Positions 50,009-60,382 of a stretch of DNA of 64,000 bases are shown piece after piece (within the stretch, counting starts at the first letter, position 1; the number at the start of each line of letters is the position of its first letter). A program made the position numbers and the translations under genes. The stretch is from an uncultured Marinoscillum sp. Its GTDB lineage: Bacteria; Bacteroidota; Bacteroidia; Cytophagales; MED-G16. The notes under the pieces were generated by a model. The model did not search any database. It was not told the origin of the DNA and was given only the letters and a program-made list of their open reading frames with translations. The stretch spans positions 697-64,696 of the forward strand of contig CACOMW010000003.1 of NCBI GenBank assembly GCA_902628365.1. Reading direction: 5' to 3'.

Positions 50009-50566
50009 ATGAAGTTTTTAATCATTGGATTGGGAAATGTTGGAGAAAAGTATGAATTAACTAGACATAACATTGGATTTCTAATTCTTGATTACTTTTC
50101 TGACAAGTTTAAAAAAAAGTTTTTAACTGAAAGGTATGGTCAATATACATGGTTAAAAATTAAGGGAAGAAAAGTACATTTACTGAAACCAAATACTCTG
50201 ATGAATTTAAGTGGAAAAGCTGTAAATTATTGGATGAAAAAGCTTAAAATTAGAAAAGAAAATTTACTTATTTTGGTAGACGATTTAAACCTACCATTTG
50301 GGGAAAAAAGAGTTAGACAAAAAGGAACAGATGGTGGCCATAATGGTTTAAAAAGCATTAATGAGTCTATAGGATCGAGTGAATATCCTAGATTAAGGTT
50401 TGGAATAGGAAGTAAGTTTAATAAAGGAAATCAATCAAATTATGTTCTTGATAATTTTTCAAAATCTGAATTGGAAAACATTGAAGAAGAAATAAACGAA
50501 AGCTCAAAAATAATCGAAACTTTTTGTTTAGAAGGTATTGAGAAAACTATGAATAAGTTCAATTAA
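50009..50566 (+). CDS. pth: Peptidyl-tRNA hydrolase
   Basis: GLGNVG..Y..TRHNIGF, KPNTLMNLSG, GGHNGLKS, RLRFGIG. Confidence 0.96.
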   Translation: MKFLIIGLGNVGEKYELTRHNIGFLILDYFSDKFKKKFLTERYGQYTWLKIKGRKVHLLKPNTLMNLSGKAVNYWMKKLKIRKENLLILVDDLNLPFGEKRVRQKGTDGGHNGLKSINESIGSSEYPRLRFGIGSKFNKGNQSNYVLDNFSKSELENIEEEINESSKIIETFCLEGIEKTMNKFN

Positions 50567-50571
50567 AAAAT

Positions 50572-52584
50572 CTAACAAACAATTGAACCATTTGTAATTT
50601 TGTCTTCTGGCTGCATTAATTTTAGTGAACCATCGGGATCTTCTGCTAATAATAACATTCCTTCACTATCGATACCCATCATTTTTCTTGGTTCTAAATT
50701 CACAATAACCATAACTTGTTTATTAATTAAATCTTTTGGTTCATAATATTTAGCAATTCCACTTAAAATAATTCGATTATCTAAACCAGTATCTACATTT
50801 AATTTTAATAATTTTTCAGATTTAGGTACAGGTTCAGCCTCTAAAACAGTTGCTACTCTCAAATCTATTTTTGAAAAATCATTAAAATCTATGTTGCTTT
50901 TTTTTTTCATAACTTTTGAATTAGAATTAAATTTTAACTTTTCAACTTGTTTATTAATTAAATCATCTTCAATTATAGTAAATAAATGTTTTGGTTTATT
51001 AATCTTATGACCAGATTTTAAAATTTCTTTATCGATATCATCCCATATTTTTGTTTTTACATTTAATAATTTAAAAATTTTATTTGATGTAAAAGGAAGG
51101 AATGGGGCTGATAATATTGCTATGTTACATACAACTTGCATCGAAACATTCAATATTGTTCCAACCCTTTCTTTATCTTCTTTTATAATTTTCCATGGTT
51201 CTGTATCTGTTAAATATTTATTTCCTATTCTAGAGAGATCCATTAAAAAAGTCAAAGCCTCTCTAAATTTAAACTTTTCAATACTTTTCTCAATTTTATC
51301 TCTAATATCAATAATACTATTAATAAGTTTATCTTCCTCTTTATTAAAATGACCTTTTAAAGGGATATTACCATTGAAAAATTTATGACACAAAACAAAA
51401 ACTCTATTAATATAATTTCCATAGCTAGCAACAAGTTCGTTATTGTTTTTTGCTTGAAAATCTTTCCATGTAAAATCACTATCTTTAGATTCAGGAGCGT
51501 TTGAGGTAAGAACATATCTTAAAACATCTTGTTGATTTGGAAATTCATCCATATACTCATGTAGCCAAACGGCCCAATTTTTAGAAGTAGAAATTTTTTC
51601 ACCTTCCAGATTCATAAACTCGTTAGCAGGAACGTTTGATGGAAGAATGTAATCTCCATGTTCCATTAACATCATTGGAAAAATAATACAATGAAATACT
51701 ATATTATCTTTTCCAATAAAATGAACTAAATTGGTATTATTGTCCATCCAGTATTTCTCCCATTTTTCAGGAATAAATTCTTTTGTAGCGGATATATAAC
51801 CAATTGGAGCATCAAACCAAACATATAAAACCTTACCCTTTATATCTTTTAAAGGAACTTTAACTCCCCAATTTAAATCTCTTGTCATCGCTCTAGGTTT
51901 AAGACCTTCTTTCAACCATGATTTACATTGTCCTAAAACATTATATTTCCATTCTGGATGGTCAGCAATATACTTTTCAATTTTTTTTTGGAGCTTATCC
52001 ATAGGCAAATACCAGTTTTTGGTATTTTTTAATTCTGGTTTATTTCCAGATAACAATGATTTTGGATTTAATAGATCTTTTGGGCTAAGTGATTTGCCAC
52101 ATTTTTCACATTGATCTCCAAACGCATCTTTATAATCACAGGATGGACATATTCCTGATATGTATCTATCAGACAAAAATTGATTTTCTTTAGTATCAAA
52201 ATATTGATAAGATTCCTTTTCATCAAATACTTTTTTTTCATATAGTTTAACAAAAAAATCTGAACTTGTTTTGTGATGAATTTTTTTTGATGTTCTTGAG
52301 TAGACGTCAAAACTTATACCAAAATCTTTAAATGATTTATCAATTTGTTTATAAAATTTATCAACAACATCTTTCGGAGAAATTCCATCTTGCCTGGCTT
52401 TTAATGTAATAGGGACTCCATGTTCATCAGTTCCACTTACAAATAAAACGTCCTCACCTTTTGATCTCAAATATCTCACATAGATATCTGATGGTATATA
52501 GCAACCTGCTAGATGGCCAATATGAACAGGACCATTAGCATAAATTAATGCAGCGGTTATAAGATGTCTTTTATGATTTTTCAT
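50572..52584 (-). CDS. metG: Methionine--tRNA ligase
   Basis: YANGPVHIGH, GTDEHG, Zn knuckle CPSC..CEKC, YVWFDAPIGY, KISTS, C-terminal tRNA-binding OB domain. Confidence 0.97.
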   Translation of the reverse strand: MKNHKRHLITAALIYANGPVHIGHLAGCYIPSDIYVRYLRSKGEDVLFVSGTDEHGVPITLKARQDGISPKDVVDKFYKQIDKSFKDFGISFDVYSRTSKKIHHKTSSDFFVKLYEKKVFDEKESYQYFDTKENQFLSDRYISGICPSCDYKDAFGDQCEKCGKSLSPKDLLNPKSLLSGNKPELKNTKNWYLPMDKLQKKIEKYIADHPEWKYNVLGQCKSWLKEGLKPRAMTRDLNWGVKVPLKDIKGKVLYVWFDAPIGYISATKEFIPEKWEKYWMDNNTNLVHFIGKDNIVFHCIIFPMMLMEHGDYILPSNVPANEFMNLEGEKISTSKNWAVWLHEYMDEFPNQQDVLRYVLTSNAPESKDSDFTWKDFQAKNNNELVASYGNYINRVFVLCHKFFNGNIPLKGHFNKEEDKLINSIIDIRDKIEKSIEKFKFREALTFLMDLSRIGNKYLTDTEPWKIIKEDKERVGTILNVSMQVVCNIAILSAPFLPFTSNKIFKLLNVKTKIWDDIDKEILKSGHKINKPKHLFTIIEDDLINKQVEKLKFNSNSKVMKKKSNIDFNDFSKIDLRVATVLEAEPVPKSEKLLKLNVDTGLDNRIILSGIAKYYEPKDLINKQVMVIVNLEPRKMMGIDSEGMLLLAEDPDGSLKLMQPEDKITNGSIVC

Positions 52585-53450
52585 TATTTCTTTTTTCTAA
52601 TCATAGAAAAAAAATCCCACATTTCATCACTTACTCTTTCAAGATTATTAAATTGGCCAGCTCCTTTTAACCACTCACCACCATCAATAGTAATAACTTC
52701 ACCATTGATATATGAGGAAAAATCAGAAACCAAATATGCAGCTAAGTTTGCTAATTCATGATGTTCTCCAACTCTTTTTAGAGGAACTTTTTTTGAAGGA
52801 TCAAATTTATCTTTCAAATCACCAGGTAACAAACGTTCCCATGCACCTTTGGTAGGAAAAGGTCCCGGAGCAATTGCATTTGATCTTATATTATATTTTG
52901 CCCACTCAACAGCCAATGATCTAGTTAATGATAAAACACCCGCTTTCGCACATGCAGATGGAACAACGTATCCTGAGCCTGTCCATGCATAAGTAGTTAC
53001 TATATTAAGTATATTTCCAGGTTCTTTTTGTTTTATCCATTTTTTTCCTAGCAATAAAGAAAAATTGATAGTTCCTTTTAATACTATGTCAATCACAGCA
53101 TCAAATGCTCTAGTTGAAAGTCTTTCTGTTGGACTAATAAAATTACCTGCAGCATTATTTAATAAACAATCAACCTTTTTAAATTCTGAATAAGATTCAT
53201 CAATTACCTTGGAAACCAGATCAGGGTTTCTTACATCACATGTTATTGGCAAAACTTTACCACCAAATTCCTTCATCATATTATTAGCAACTTTTTTAAG
53301 TAAATCCTCTCTTCTACTTGTAATTACAATATTAGCTCCTAGCGATAACAGGTACTCAGACATGGATTTTCCTAATCCAGAACCACCTCCTGTAACTACT
53401 ATGGTTTTGCCATTTAAACTATTCTCTTTTAACATTCCTTTATTATTCAT
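52584..53450 (-). CDS. SDR oxidoreductase, 2,4-dienoyl-CoA reductase-like
   Basis: TGGGSGLG, NNAAGNF, SACAKAG, IAPGPFPT, IDGG. Confidence 0.88.
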   Translation of the reverse strand: MNNKGMLKENSLNGKTIVVTGGGSGLGKSMSEYLLSLGANIVITSRREDLLKKVANNMMKEFGGKVLPITCDVRNPDLVSKVIDESYSEFKKVDCLLNNAAGNFISPTERLSTRAFDAVIDIVLKGTINFSLLLGKKWIKQKEPGNILNIVTTYAWTGSGYVVPSACAKAGVLSLTRSLAVEWAKYNIRSNAIAPGPFPTKGAWERLLPGDLKDKFDPSKKVPLKRVGEHHELANLAAYLVSDFSSYINGEVITIDGGEWLKGAGQFNNLERVSDEMWDFFSMIRKKK

Positions 53451-53460
53451 TATATAAAAT

Positions 53461-54327
53461 TTAAATTGAAGAAGTAGTTACTTCTCTATTGATTTTTTTA
53501 ACCAAACCTTGTAAAACACGACCAGGACCACATTCATAAAATTCTAATATTCCATCACTAATCATGTTTTGAACTGTTTGAGTCCATTTTACAGGAGAGG
53601 TTAATTGTAAAATTAATTTTTCTTTTATTTTTTCAACAGATAATTCAGAATTTGCATCATAATTTTGATATATAGAACAAGCAGGATTTAAAAATTTTGT
53701 ATTATTGATAGCGACTTCCAATTCTTTTTTTGCAGGATTCATATATGAAGAATGAAAACCTCCTCCTACTGGTAAAATAATTACTTTAGCACCTTCATTC
53801 GATAAATCAGAAGAAATTTTGTCAATACTACTTACAGATCCTGAAATAACTAATTGGCCTGGAGAATTATAATTTGCTGGAACAACATCTTCATAATTTT
53901 CGCATATTCTTTCAACTATTTCATCAGTCATACCTAATACAGCAGCCATTGTAGAATTTGATATTTCACAAGCTTTTTGCATTGCCCTGGCTCTTTTTAT
54001 AACTAATTTGAGACCATCTTCAAAAGAAAGAGTTCCTATTGCTGTTAATGCAGAAAATTCACCTAATGAATGCCCTGCTACAGCAGAAATATCATTTATA
54101 TTAGATATTTTAAATGAGATAACAGAATGTAAAAAAATAGAAGGTTGTGTGATGTCAGTTTGTTTTAAATCTTCAATCGATCCTTTGAACATTATATCTG
54201 TAATTTTAAAACCTAATATTTCATTTGCTATATTAAATAATGATTTAGCTTTTTGATTAGATTCAAATAAATCTTTTCCCATACCTACAAATTGAGAACC
54301 TTGACCAGGAAATAGAAATCCTTTCAT
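53461..54327 (-). CDS. fabD: Malonyl-CoA:ACP transacylase
   Basis: FPGQGSQ, TQP, GHSLGE, GGFHS, GPGRVL. ATG 54327 preferred because the track's TTG lies within TATTTTTG (54343-54350). Confidence 0.96.
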   Translation of the reverse strand: MKGFLFPGQGSQFVGMGKDLFESNQKAKSLFNIANEILGFKITDIMFKGSIEDLKQTDITQPSIFLHSVISFKISNINDISAVAGHSLGEFSALTAIGTLSFEDGLKLVIKRARAMQKACEISNSTMAAVLGMTDEIVERICENYEDVVPANYNSPGQLVISGSVSSIDKISSDLSNEGAKVIILPVGGGFHSSYMNPAKKELEVAINNTKFLNPACSIYQNYDANSELSVEKIKEKLILQLTSPVKWTQTVQNMISDGILEFYECGPGRVLQGLVKKINREVTTSSI

Positions 54328-54360
54328 TTTTATTTTTTTTATCAAAAATAGATATAATTA

Positions 54361-54576
54361 TTAATCTTCCAGAAATCGACTTGAAATATCTTTTCTAGGC
54401 ACATAACAAATTATTTTTTTACCAAACCATCTATATCGATTATTTGATAATATGTCATAAAAAAAATTAGAATTAATTTCATTATTCAATATAAAGTTTA
54501 TTGAATTGCTACATAAATTACATTTCCCATCAAAGAAAACTATATTTTTATTTTTTATTTTAAAATCTGTAACCAT
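54361..54576 (-). pseudogene. DCC1-like (DUF393) thiol-disulfide oxidoreductase gene with an in-frame central deletion
   Basis: N-terminal IVFFDGKCNLC is joined directly to C-terminal YDILSNNRYRWFGK..C..P....RFL. It is 71 aa, roughly half the usual family length. Confidence 0.7.
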
Positions 54577-57416
54577 CCTTTAATTTCATCAGTTTTTTTA
54601 TTTTTATTCCAGGGAGAAAAATCTAATACATCATACGTTATTGTAGCATAAAAATAATATACTCCACTAGGTAGAAAGTTTCCATTTAAATCTCTTCCAT
54701 CCCATTTAATTAAAGTTCCTTTTTCTGGGTAGTCTGATGAATTAAATAAATAGACTTCATCTCCTTCCCTATTTAATACCTTAAATGAAACGTTTAAAAC
54801 AAATCGAGGACACCTCATAAAGTCAAAGCCAACAATTGAACCGTCGGAATAAAAAGGTGTAAAAAAGTCATTTTTCCCGTCAGCATTTGGAGTAAATACA
54901 TTTGGAAGTTCATAGTTAGGACAATTGTCTCTACAAAATATGTTAGAGCGATCACTTTCATTTCCAGATCTGTCAAGAGCAGTTACATAATAACATCCTT
55001 TAAAAGAGCTCAAGTTCTTATGATTAAAAGAAGTTTCAGTTGTATTTGCAATAAGTTGAAATTCACCATCAGGAATACTATCGTTATTTGAATCTTTTGG
55101 ATCGGACAAAAAATAAATATTATAAGATTTGATGTCGTCAGCACATATATTATCTAATTTTGACCAATTGAATTTGTTTTCAAATGAAGATAAATCACAA
55201 GCTTTGTCGGATAAATAATTTATACAATTAAATTCATCATCTAATTCAAGATTTTGTGGAGGGCAAGGTGGAATTAAATCATTTGTTTCAGCACATGTGG
55301 ATTGAGATTTGTTTAATAGCCTATAATCCCCATTTATTGTTTTTGGCAATTTATCATTTTCATAAGTTCCAGAAGTTATAACAAAATAGCAGTAAAGCTT
55401 TGAATCATCAAGCGGCATTCCGTTAAATTGTCCCTGATCAGTATAACTAAAGCCATTTAATATTACATTAACTGAATCAATTAAAATTAAACTATCAGAA
55501 TTTATTTGATCAACATGATTTCTGTAAATATAATGTTGAGGATACTGATTTGAATTATTTGACCACGGCACATCAAATTTCCAAGATAAAACTATGCTTT
55601 CTTGTTGTCCTTCGGCATCAAGTTTTACCGATGAAGTCTGAGCAGAAAAATCAATAGAGTTTTCAGCACTATCTAAAACTTCCACTTGATAATTAAAAAC
55701 TTTTTCTTTGGAGTTTAAATCCGTATCAACAAAAAATGTATCTTCCTGAATAGAGAAAGTAAATTCATTATCATTAGAACTAAAATTATCATATCTTCTT
55801 AAAATATATTTATAAGGTTTAGGAAATAAAATTGAATCAAGACTTAAGGGAGGATGCCAACTTACTAAAATTTCTCCGGCTTTGCTACCAGTTTTTTCAA
55901 CACTGACATTTGTCATTACTGGTGCATCAGCATCCATTATAACGCATACTTCTTTAGAAGCATAGCTTGTTCCACCTTCAGGAAGCGGAAATTCAGCAAC
56001 AAGTCTATAACAGTATTTGGAGCCAGGAGCTAATCCTTTACCAGAATTAGTATCAATATACTGAGTATCCCCCCCGGCATTTTCATTTATTAACTCATAG
56101 CCTGTAATTCCAACATTACAATCTTCAGGGTCAAAATCATAGCTACCTATTCTCCTCCAAATTTGAATTATTTCAACATTGCTACATGAATATTTATCCC
56201 AATTTAGCTCAACATTTCTACCTGGTAGTAATGATGCTTTAAGACCCTCAGGGGCTGAAGGAACTACTGTTATTTTCCAATTAGAAAAGTCAACTAACCT
56301 GGGGCCAAAATCTGGTAGGTCTGTAATTTTAAATTCTATTTCGTAGGGTCTGGATCTAATATGTGAACAATCAGTTTGCCATTCGAAAAATAATTGAGAC
56401 GGAGAGTCTTTAAAATCTGCAGGATAAGAAAAATATTTTGCAGGAGATGTAAGAAATTCAAACGGCCCACCAAAAGCTTCAATTTTAACTCTATCTCCAT
56501 CTGGATCAGATCCATCTATTGTATCTTTAATTAAGGTTCCAACTTCAACACAAATTGGAGGTAATTGTTCTATAACTGGTCTTTCATTATCAGTTTCTTC
56601 AATAATTACTTGCATATCTCTTGTTACATAACCAAGCTTAAACCATTCGTTATTAACTTTTCTCCATTCTATTACTCTAAAAGCAAAATTATATTCCCCC
56701 TTTTTGCCAGGAGCATCCCAAACTAAATCTCCTATAAGTGAGTCTAAAGTGAAGGTTGGAGGGCTATTCGCATCTTCATTACCTTGAGCAAAATTTTGAT
56801 AAAATTCAACTGCATTTGGAAATCTATAATTTCCAACATTAAAAAGTTCATCTTGCTTTGGTATTACTAGTTCATATGATAAACTATCACCATCAGGATC
56901 AAAAGCACCTGGATTATGAATATATTTTATAGCTACAGCTCCGTTATCAATTGGTGGTATTAATAATATTGGTGTATTATTCAATCCAAAAAAAGGATCA
57001 ATTAATATTTCAGTTTCTATATAAAAGGGAGTATCAATAGAATTATCCATATTTAGGATTCCATCATTTCTATTTTGTTCAAAATAATTTACAACATATC
57101 TTCCGGGAGCCTGGAAGGTATGTACTACTTTGAATAAATTTAAAGCAACTTGATTTTCTAATAGAAATTTTTCAACTGAAATTGCACCATCCTCTAAAAC
57201 TTCTAGAACATTACCATCACCAAAATCAAATTTTCCACCTCCAAATTGAACATCGGACCCAGTGTCTGTATAACCAATTATTGTAAATTCATAGGTTAAG
57301 CTTGTATTTGAAATTCTTTTTGCAATAATTTCTCCAGCTCGAATATGAGTTGAATAACTTTTAAATGAATTAAAAATTAATAGGATAAAGAATAATACTA
57401 TTCTTTTGAATTTCAT
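54555..57416 (-). CDS. T9SS type-B (gliding motility-associated CTD) secreted protein with FN3-like domains
   Basis: Signal peptide then THIRAGEI; DPDGDSLSY; C-terminal LPNVFTPNADGKND..WDG..GVYYF..KGWLQIL. Confidence 0.85.
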   Translation of the reverse strand: MKFKRIVLFFILLIFNSFKSYSTHIRAGEIIAKRISNTSLTYEFTIIGYTDTGSDVQFGGGKFDFGDGNVLEVLEDGAISVEKFLLENQVALNLFKVVHTFQAPGRYVVNYFEQNRNDGILNMDNSIDTPFYIETEILIDPFFGLNNTPILLIPPIDNGAVAIKYIHNPGAFDPDGDSLSYELVIPKQDELFNVGNYRFPNAVEFYQNFAQGNEDANSPPTFTLDSLIGDLVWDAPGKKGEYNFAFRVIEWRKVNNEWFKLGYVTRDMQVIIEETDNERPVIEQLPPICVEVGTLIKDTIDGSDPDGDRVKIEAFGGPFEFLTSPAKYFSYPADFKDSPSQLFFEWQTDCSHIRSRPYEIEFKITDLPDFGPRLVDFSNWKITVVPSAPEGLKASLLPGRNVELNWDKYSCSNVEIIQIWRRIGSYDFDPEDCNVGITGYELINENAGGDTQYIDTNSGKGLAPGSKYCYRLVAEFPLPEGGTSYASKEVCVIMDADAPVMTNVSVEKTGSKAGEILVSWHPPLSLDSILFPKPYKYILRRYDNFSSNDNEFTFSIQEDTFFVDTDLNSKEKVFNYQVEVLDSAENSIDFSAQTSSVKLDAEGQQESIVLSWKFDVPWSNNSNQYPQHYIYRNHVDQINSDSLILIDSVNVILNGFSYTDQGQFNGMPLDDSKLYCYFVITSGTYENDKLPKTINGDYRLLNKSQSTCAETNDLIPPCPPQNLELDDEFNCINYLSDKACDLSSFENKFNWSKLDNICADDIKSYNIYFLSDPKDSNNDSIPDGEFQLIANTTETSFNHKNLSSFKGCYYVTALDRSGNESDRSNIFCRDNCPNYELPNVFTPNADGKNDFFTPFYSDGSIVGFDFMRCPRFVLNVSFKVLNREGDEVYLFNSSDYPEKGTLIKWDGRDLNGNFLPSGVYYFYATITYDVLDFSPWNKNKKTDEIKGWLQILK

Positions 57417-57597
57417 AAGTGTTTATTTACAACAAAATTAATACAAAGAATAAAACTTGGTATAGGTAATTACGTTTTATTGGATACGTTGTTTTAAAAT
57501 GAATCTTAATTATTATAATGTATTAAATAGAATAATTCCAAATAACATTTTAAATGGAAATAAATAATTATTTTTTTGAAAGCAAAATATTGAGATT

Positions 57598-57605
57598 TAA
57601 ATTTG
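57598..57605 (+). promoter_or_regulatory. Bacteroidota -7 promoter element for the sdh operon
   Basis: TAAATTTG, 15 nt before the TTG start. Confidence 0.5.
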
Positions 57606-57620
57606 TTATAATATTATAAA

Positions 57621-58511
57621 TTGAAGGCAAAAAGAAAAATATTAAGTAATGATCTTTTAACTGAAAAATGGTGGATATCACCTCTTTTAGTTTTATTAGG
57701 TTTATTAAGCTTTGTTGTTTATTCAACTTGGGCAGCGTGGCAAGGTGAACACTTTTGGTGGAGTGCAGGAAATGAAGGATTTGGTGGGTATTTATCTCCT
57801 TTTTATTCCCCTACAGTTTATATTGATCCATCAAAATCTGGAGTTCCACCAATGGATCATGCACTCTTAGGAACTTGGCCAGAATGGCTTTGGTGGTTAC
57901 CTGGACAATCACCTGCATGGTTAATTCTTATATTTCCATTATCATTTAGATTTACTTGTTATTATTATAGAAAAGCTTATTACAGAGCATTTTCTCTAAA
58001 TCCCCCTGCATGTGCTGTTCAACCAATCAAAGGAATACCATCAAAAGTTTCAGATGTAAGTGGTGATAGAATAAAAATATTTAATTCAGGAAAAAGATAT
58101 GACGGAGAAACTGGTTTGCTTATTTTTCAGAACATTCATAGATATGCAATGTATTTTGCAGTTATATTTATTTTTATATTAAGTTATGATGCTTTTTTAG
58201 CTTTTTTTAATAATGGAAAATTTGGAATTGGTGTTGGAACAGTAATTCTTACAATTAATCCGATACTGTTAGGTTGTTATACATTTGGATGTCATTCCAT
58301 AAGACATTTAATTGGAGGTAATCTTGATTGTTATTCTTGTAATTTATATAAAGATAAGGTAAACCATAACAGTTGGAAAATCGTTACATTTTTAAATAGA
58401 AGACATCAATTATTTGCATGGCTTAGCCTAGTTTGGGTTGGATTATCCGACGTATATGTTAGGTTGGTTTCGATGGGGATAATTAATGATATTAATACTT
58501 GGGGAATATAA
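57621..58511 (+). CDS. Succinate dehydrogenase membrane anchor, Sdh1 (Rv0249c-like) type
   Basis: WW..P, YLSPFYSP, FRFTCYYYRKAYYRAF, PPAC, QNIHRY, GCHSIRH, H..FAW.SL; directly upstream of the flavoprotein gene. Confidence 0.85.
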   Translation: MKAKRKILSNDLLTEKWWISPLLVLLGLLSFVVYSTWAAWQGEHFWWSAGNEGFGGYLSPFYSPTVYIDPSKSGVPPMDHALLGTWPEWLWWLPGQSPAWLILIFPLSFRFTCYYYRKAYYRAFSLNPPACAVQPIKGIPSKVSDVSGDRIKIFNSGKRYDGETGLLIFQNIHRYAMYFAVIFIFILSYDAFLAFFNNGKFGIGVGTVILTINPILLGCYTFGCHSIRHLIGGNLDCYSCNLYKDKVNHNSWKIVTFLNRRHQLFAWLSLVWVGLSDVYVRLVSMGIINDINTWGI

Positions 58512-58513
58512 TT

Positions 58514-60382
58514 ATGTTAGATATATCAGATATAAGAAGAATTAAATTCGATGTTCTAGTTATAGGTGCTGGAGGCGCCGGCTTATCAGCAGCCATAGCA
58601 GCATCACAAGAAAAAAATATAAAGGTTGGTCTAGTATGTAAATCCTTATTAGGTAAGGCTCATACTGTTATGGCTGAAGGCGGTATGGCTGCAGCACTTG
58701 GCAATGTAGATAATAGAGATGATTGGAAAATTCATTTTAGAGATACGATGCGCGGTGGAAAAATGCTTAATAATTGGAAAATGGCAGAAATTCATGCTAA
58801 GGATGCACCAGCAAGAGTTAGAGAATTAGAACATTGGGGAGCTGTTTTTGATAGGACCAAAGATGGATTAATTAATCAAAGAAATTTTGGTGGGCATAGA
58901 TACCCAAGATTAGCACATGTAGGTGATAGAACTGGATTAGAAATGATTAGAACTTTACAAGATCACGGAATACATCAGGGTATAGATATACACATGGAAT
59001 GTACTGCCTTGGATATAACTAAAGATAATTCCGGTAGAGTTTCTGGAATTGTTTGTATGTATAGAGAAACGGGTGAATTTATAATTTTTGAAACAAAATC
59101 ATTAATTTTTGCTACTGGCGGAGCAGGTAAATCTTGGGAAGTCACATCCAACAGTTGGGAATATACTGGTGATGGCTATGGTATGGCTTATGAAGCTGGT
59201 GCTGAATTAATTGATATGGAATTTAATCAATTTCATCCAACTGGAATGGTTTGGCCTCCTTCAGTGAAAGGAATTTTAGTTACTGAAGGCGTTAGAGGTG
59301 AGGGCGGCATATTAAAAAATAGTCAAGGAAAAAGGTTTATGTTTGATTATATTCCAGAAAAATTTGCTAATGAAACTGCAGATACTGAGGAAGAAGCTGC
59401 AAGATGGTTAAGAGGTGATAAAGATGCAAGAAGACCACCAGAACTACTAACTAGGGATGTTGTAGCTAGAGCTATAAATACTGAAGTTAAGGCAGGAAGG
59501 GGATCAGAGCATGGTGGTGCATATTTAGATATCGCTACTCAAAGAAATGCTGAAGATATTAAAAAGAAATTACCATCAATGTATCATCAATTTAAAGTGT
59601 TGGCTGAACTTGATATAACCAAACAGCCTATGGAAGTAGGTCCGACTTGTCACTATTTCATGGGAGGTATTAAAGTAAATGCAGAAACATCAATGACTAC
59701 CGTTAAAGGTTTATTTGCTTGTGGTGAAGCTGCTGGAGGAATGCATGGTGCTAATAGATTAGGTGGAAATTCTTTATCAGATCTTCTTGTGTTTGGAAAT
59801 CTGTCTGGAAGAAAAGCTGTAGAATATTCAAAAAATTTAAAATCATATCCTAAAGTCAATGATAAAGACGTTAAAAATATTATTAAAAAAGCTACTTCTA
59901 TTTTAAATAGAGAAAAAGGAAATAACCCTTATTTGATTCATGAAGATCTTCAAAAAAGTATGCAATATAATGTTGGTATAATTAGAACTAAAAAAGAAAT
60001 TATTGATGGTGTTAATACTATAAATAATCTCAAATCTCAATTTAAAAATGTTAAAGCACCTGGTACAAGTCAATTTAATCCTGGTTGGCATGAAGCCATA
60101 GCACTTAGAAATCTTCTTATATCATCAGAAGCTGTTGCTAAATCTGCATTATTGAGAGAAGAAAGTAGGGGTGCCCACACTAGGGAGGATTTTCCTGATG
60201 AAAGAAAGGAATGGTTAGAGTATAATATAATAAACAAGAAGGGAAAAGATGGTGAAATGGAAACCTTAAAAGAAAAAAGAAACGAACCAGATACAGAGCT
60301 AAATAGAATTGCTAACTCATCAATAGAAGAGCTTGAAAAAGAAGTAAAAAAAGATCATAATAAATTAATGTCCAAAGTATGA
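58514..60382 (+). CDS. sdhA: Succinate dehydrogenase / fumarate reductase flavoprotein subunit (Rv0248c-like)
   Basis: GAGGAG, KAHTVMAEGG (covalent FAD His), QFHPTG, TEGVRGEGG, TRDVV, HYFMGG, HGANRLGGNSL, ESRGAH. ATG 58514 preferred. Confidence 0.92.
   Translation: MLDISDIRRIKFDVLVIGAGGAGLSAAIAASQEKNIKVGLVCKSLLGKAHTVMAEGGMAAALGNVDNRDDWKIHFRDTMRGGKMLNNWKMAEIHAKDAPARVRELEHWGAVFDRTKDGLINQRNFGGHRYPRLAHVGDRTGLEMIRTLQDHGIHQGIDIHMECTALDITKDNSGRVSGIVCMYRETGEFIIFETKSLIFATGGAGKSWEVTSNSWEYTGDGYGMAYEAGAELIDMEFNQFHPTGMVWPPSVKGILVTEGVRGEGGILKNSQGKRFMFDYIPEKFANETADTEEEAARWLRGDKDARRPPELLTRDVVARAINTEVKAGRGSEHGGAYLDIATQRNAEDIKKKLPSMYHQFKVLAELDITKQPMEVGPTCHYFMGGIKVNAETSMTTVKGLFACGEAAGGMHGANRLGGNSLSDLLVFGNLSGRKAVEYSKNLKSYPKVNDKDVKNIIKKATSILNREKGNNPYLIHEDLQKSMQYNVGIIRTKKEIIDGVNTINNLKSQFKNVKAPGTSQFNPGWHEAIALRNLLISSEAVAKSALLREESRGAHTREDFPDERKEWLEYNIINKKGKDGEMETLKEKRNEPDTELNRIANSSIEELEKEVKKDHNKLMSKV

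Noticed and set aside
57603-57620. TTATAATATTATAA palindrome / weak Rex-like box before the sdh operon
   Set aside because: All A/T and several mismatches to the Rex consensus; expected by chance in this composition.
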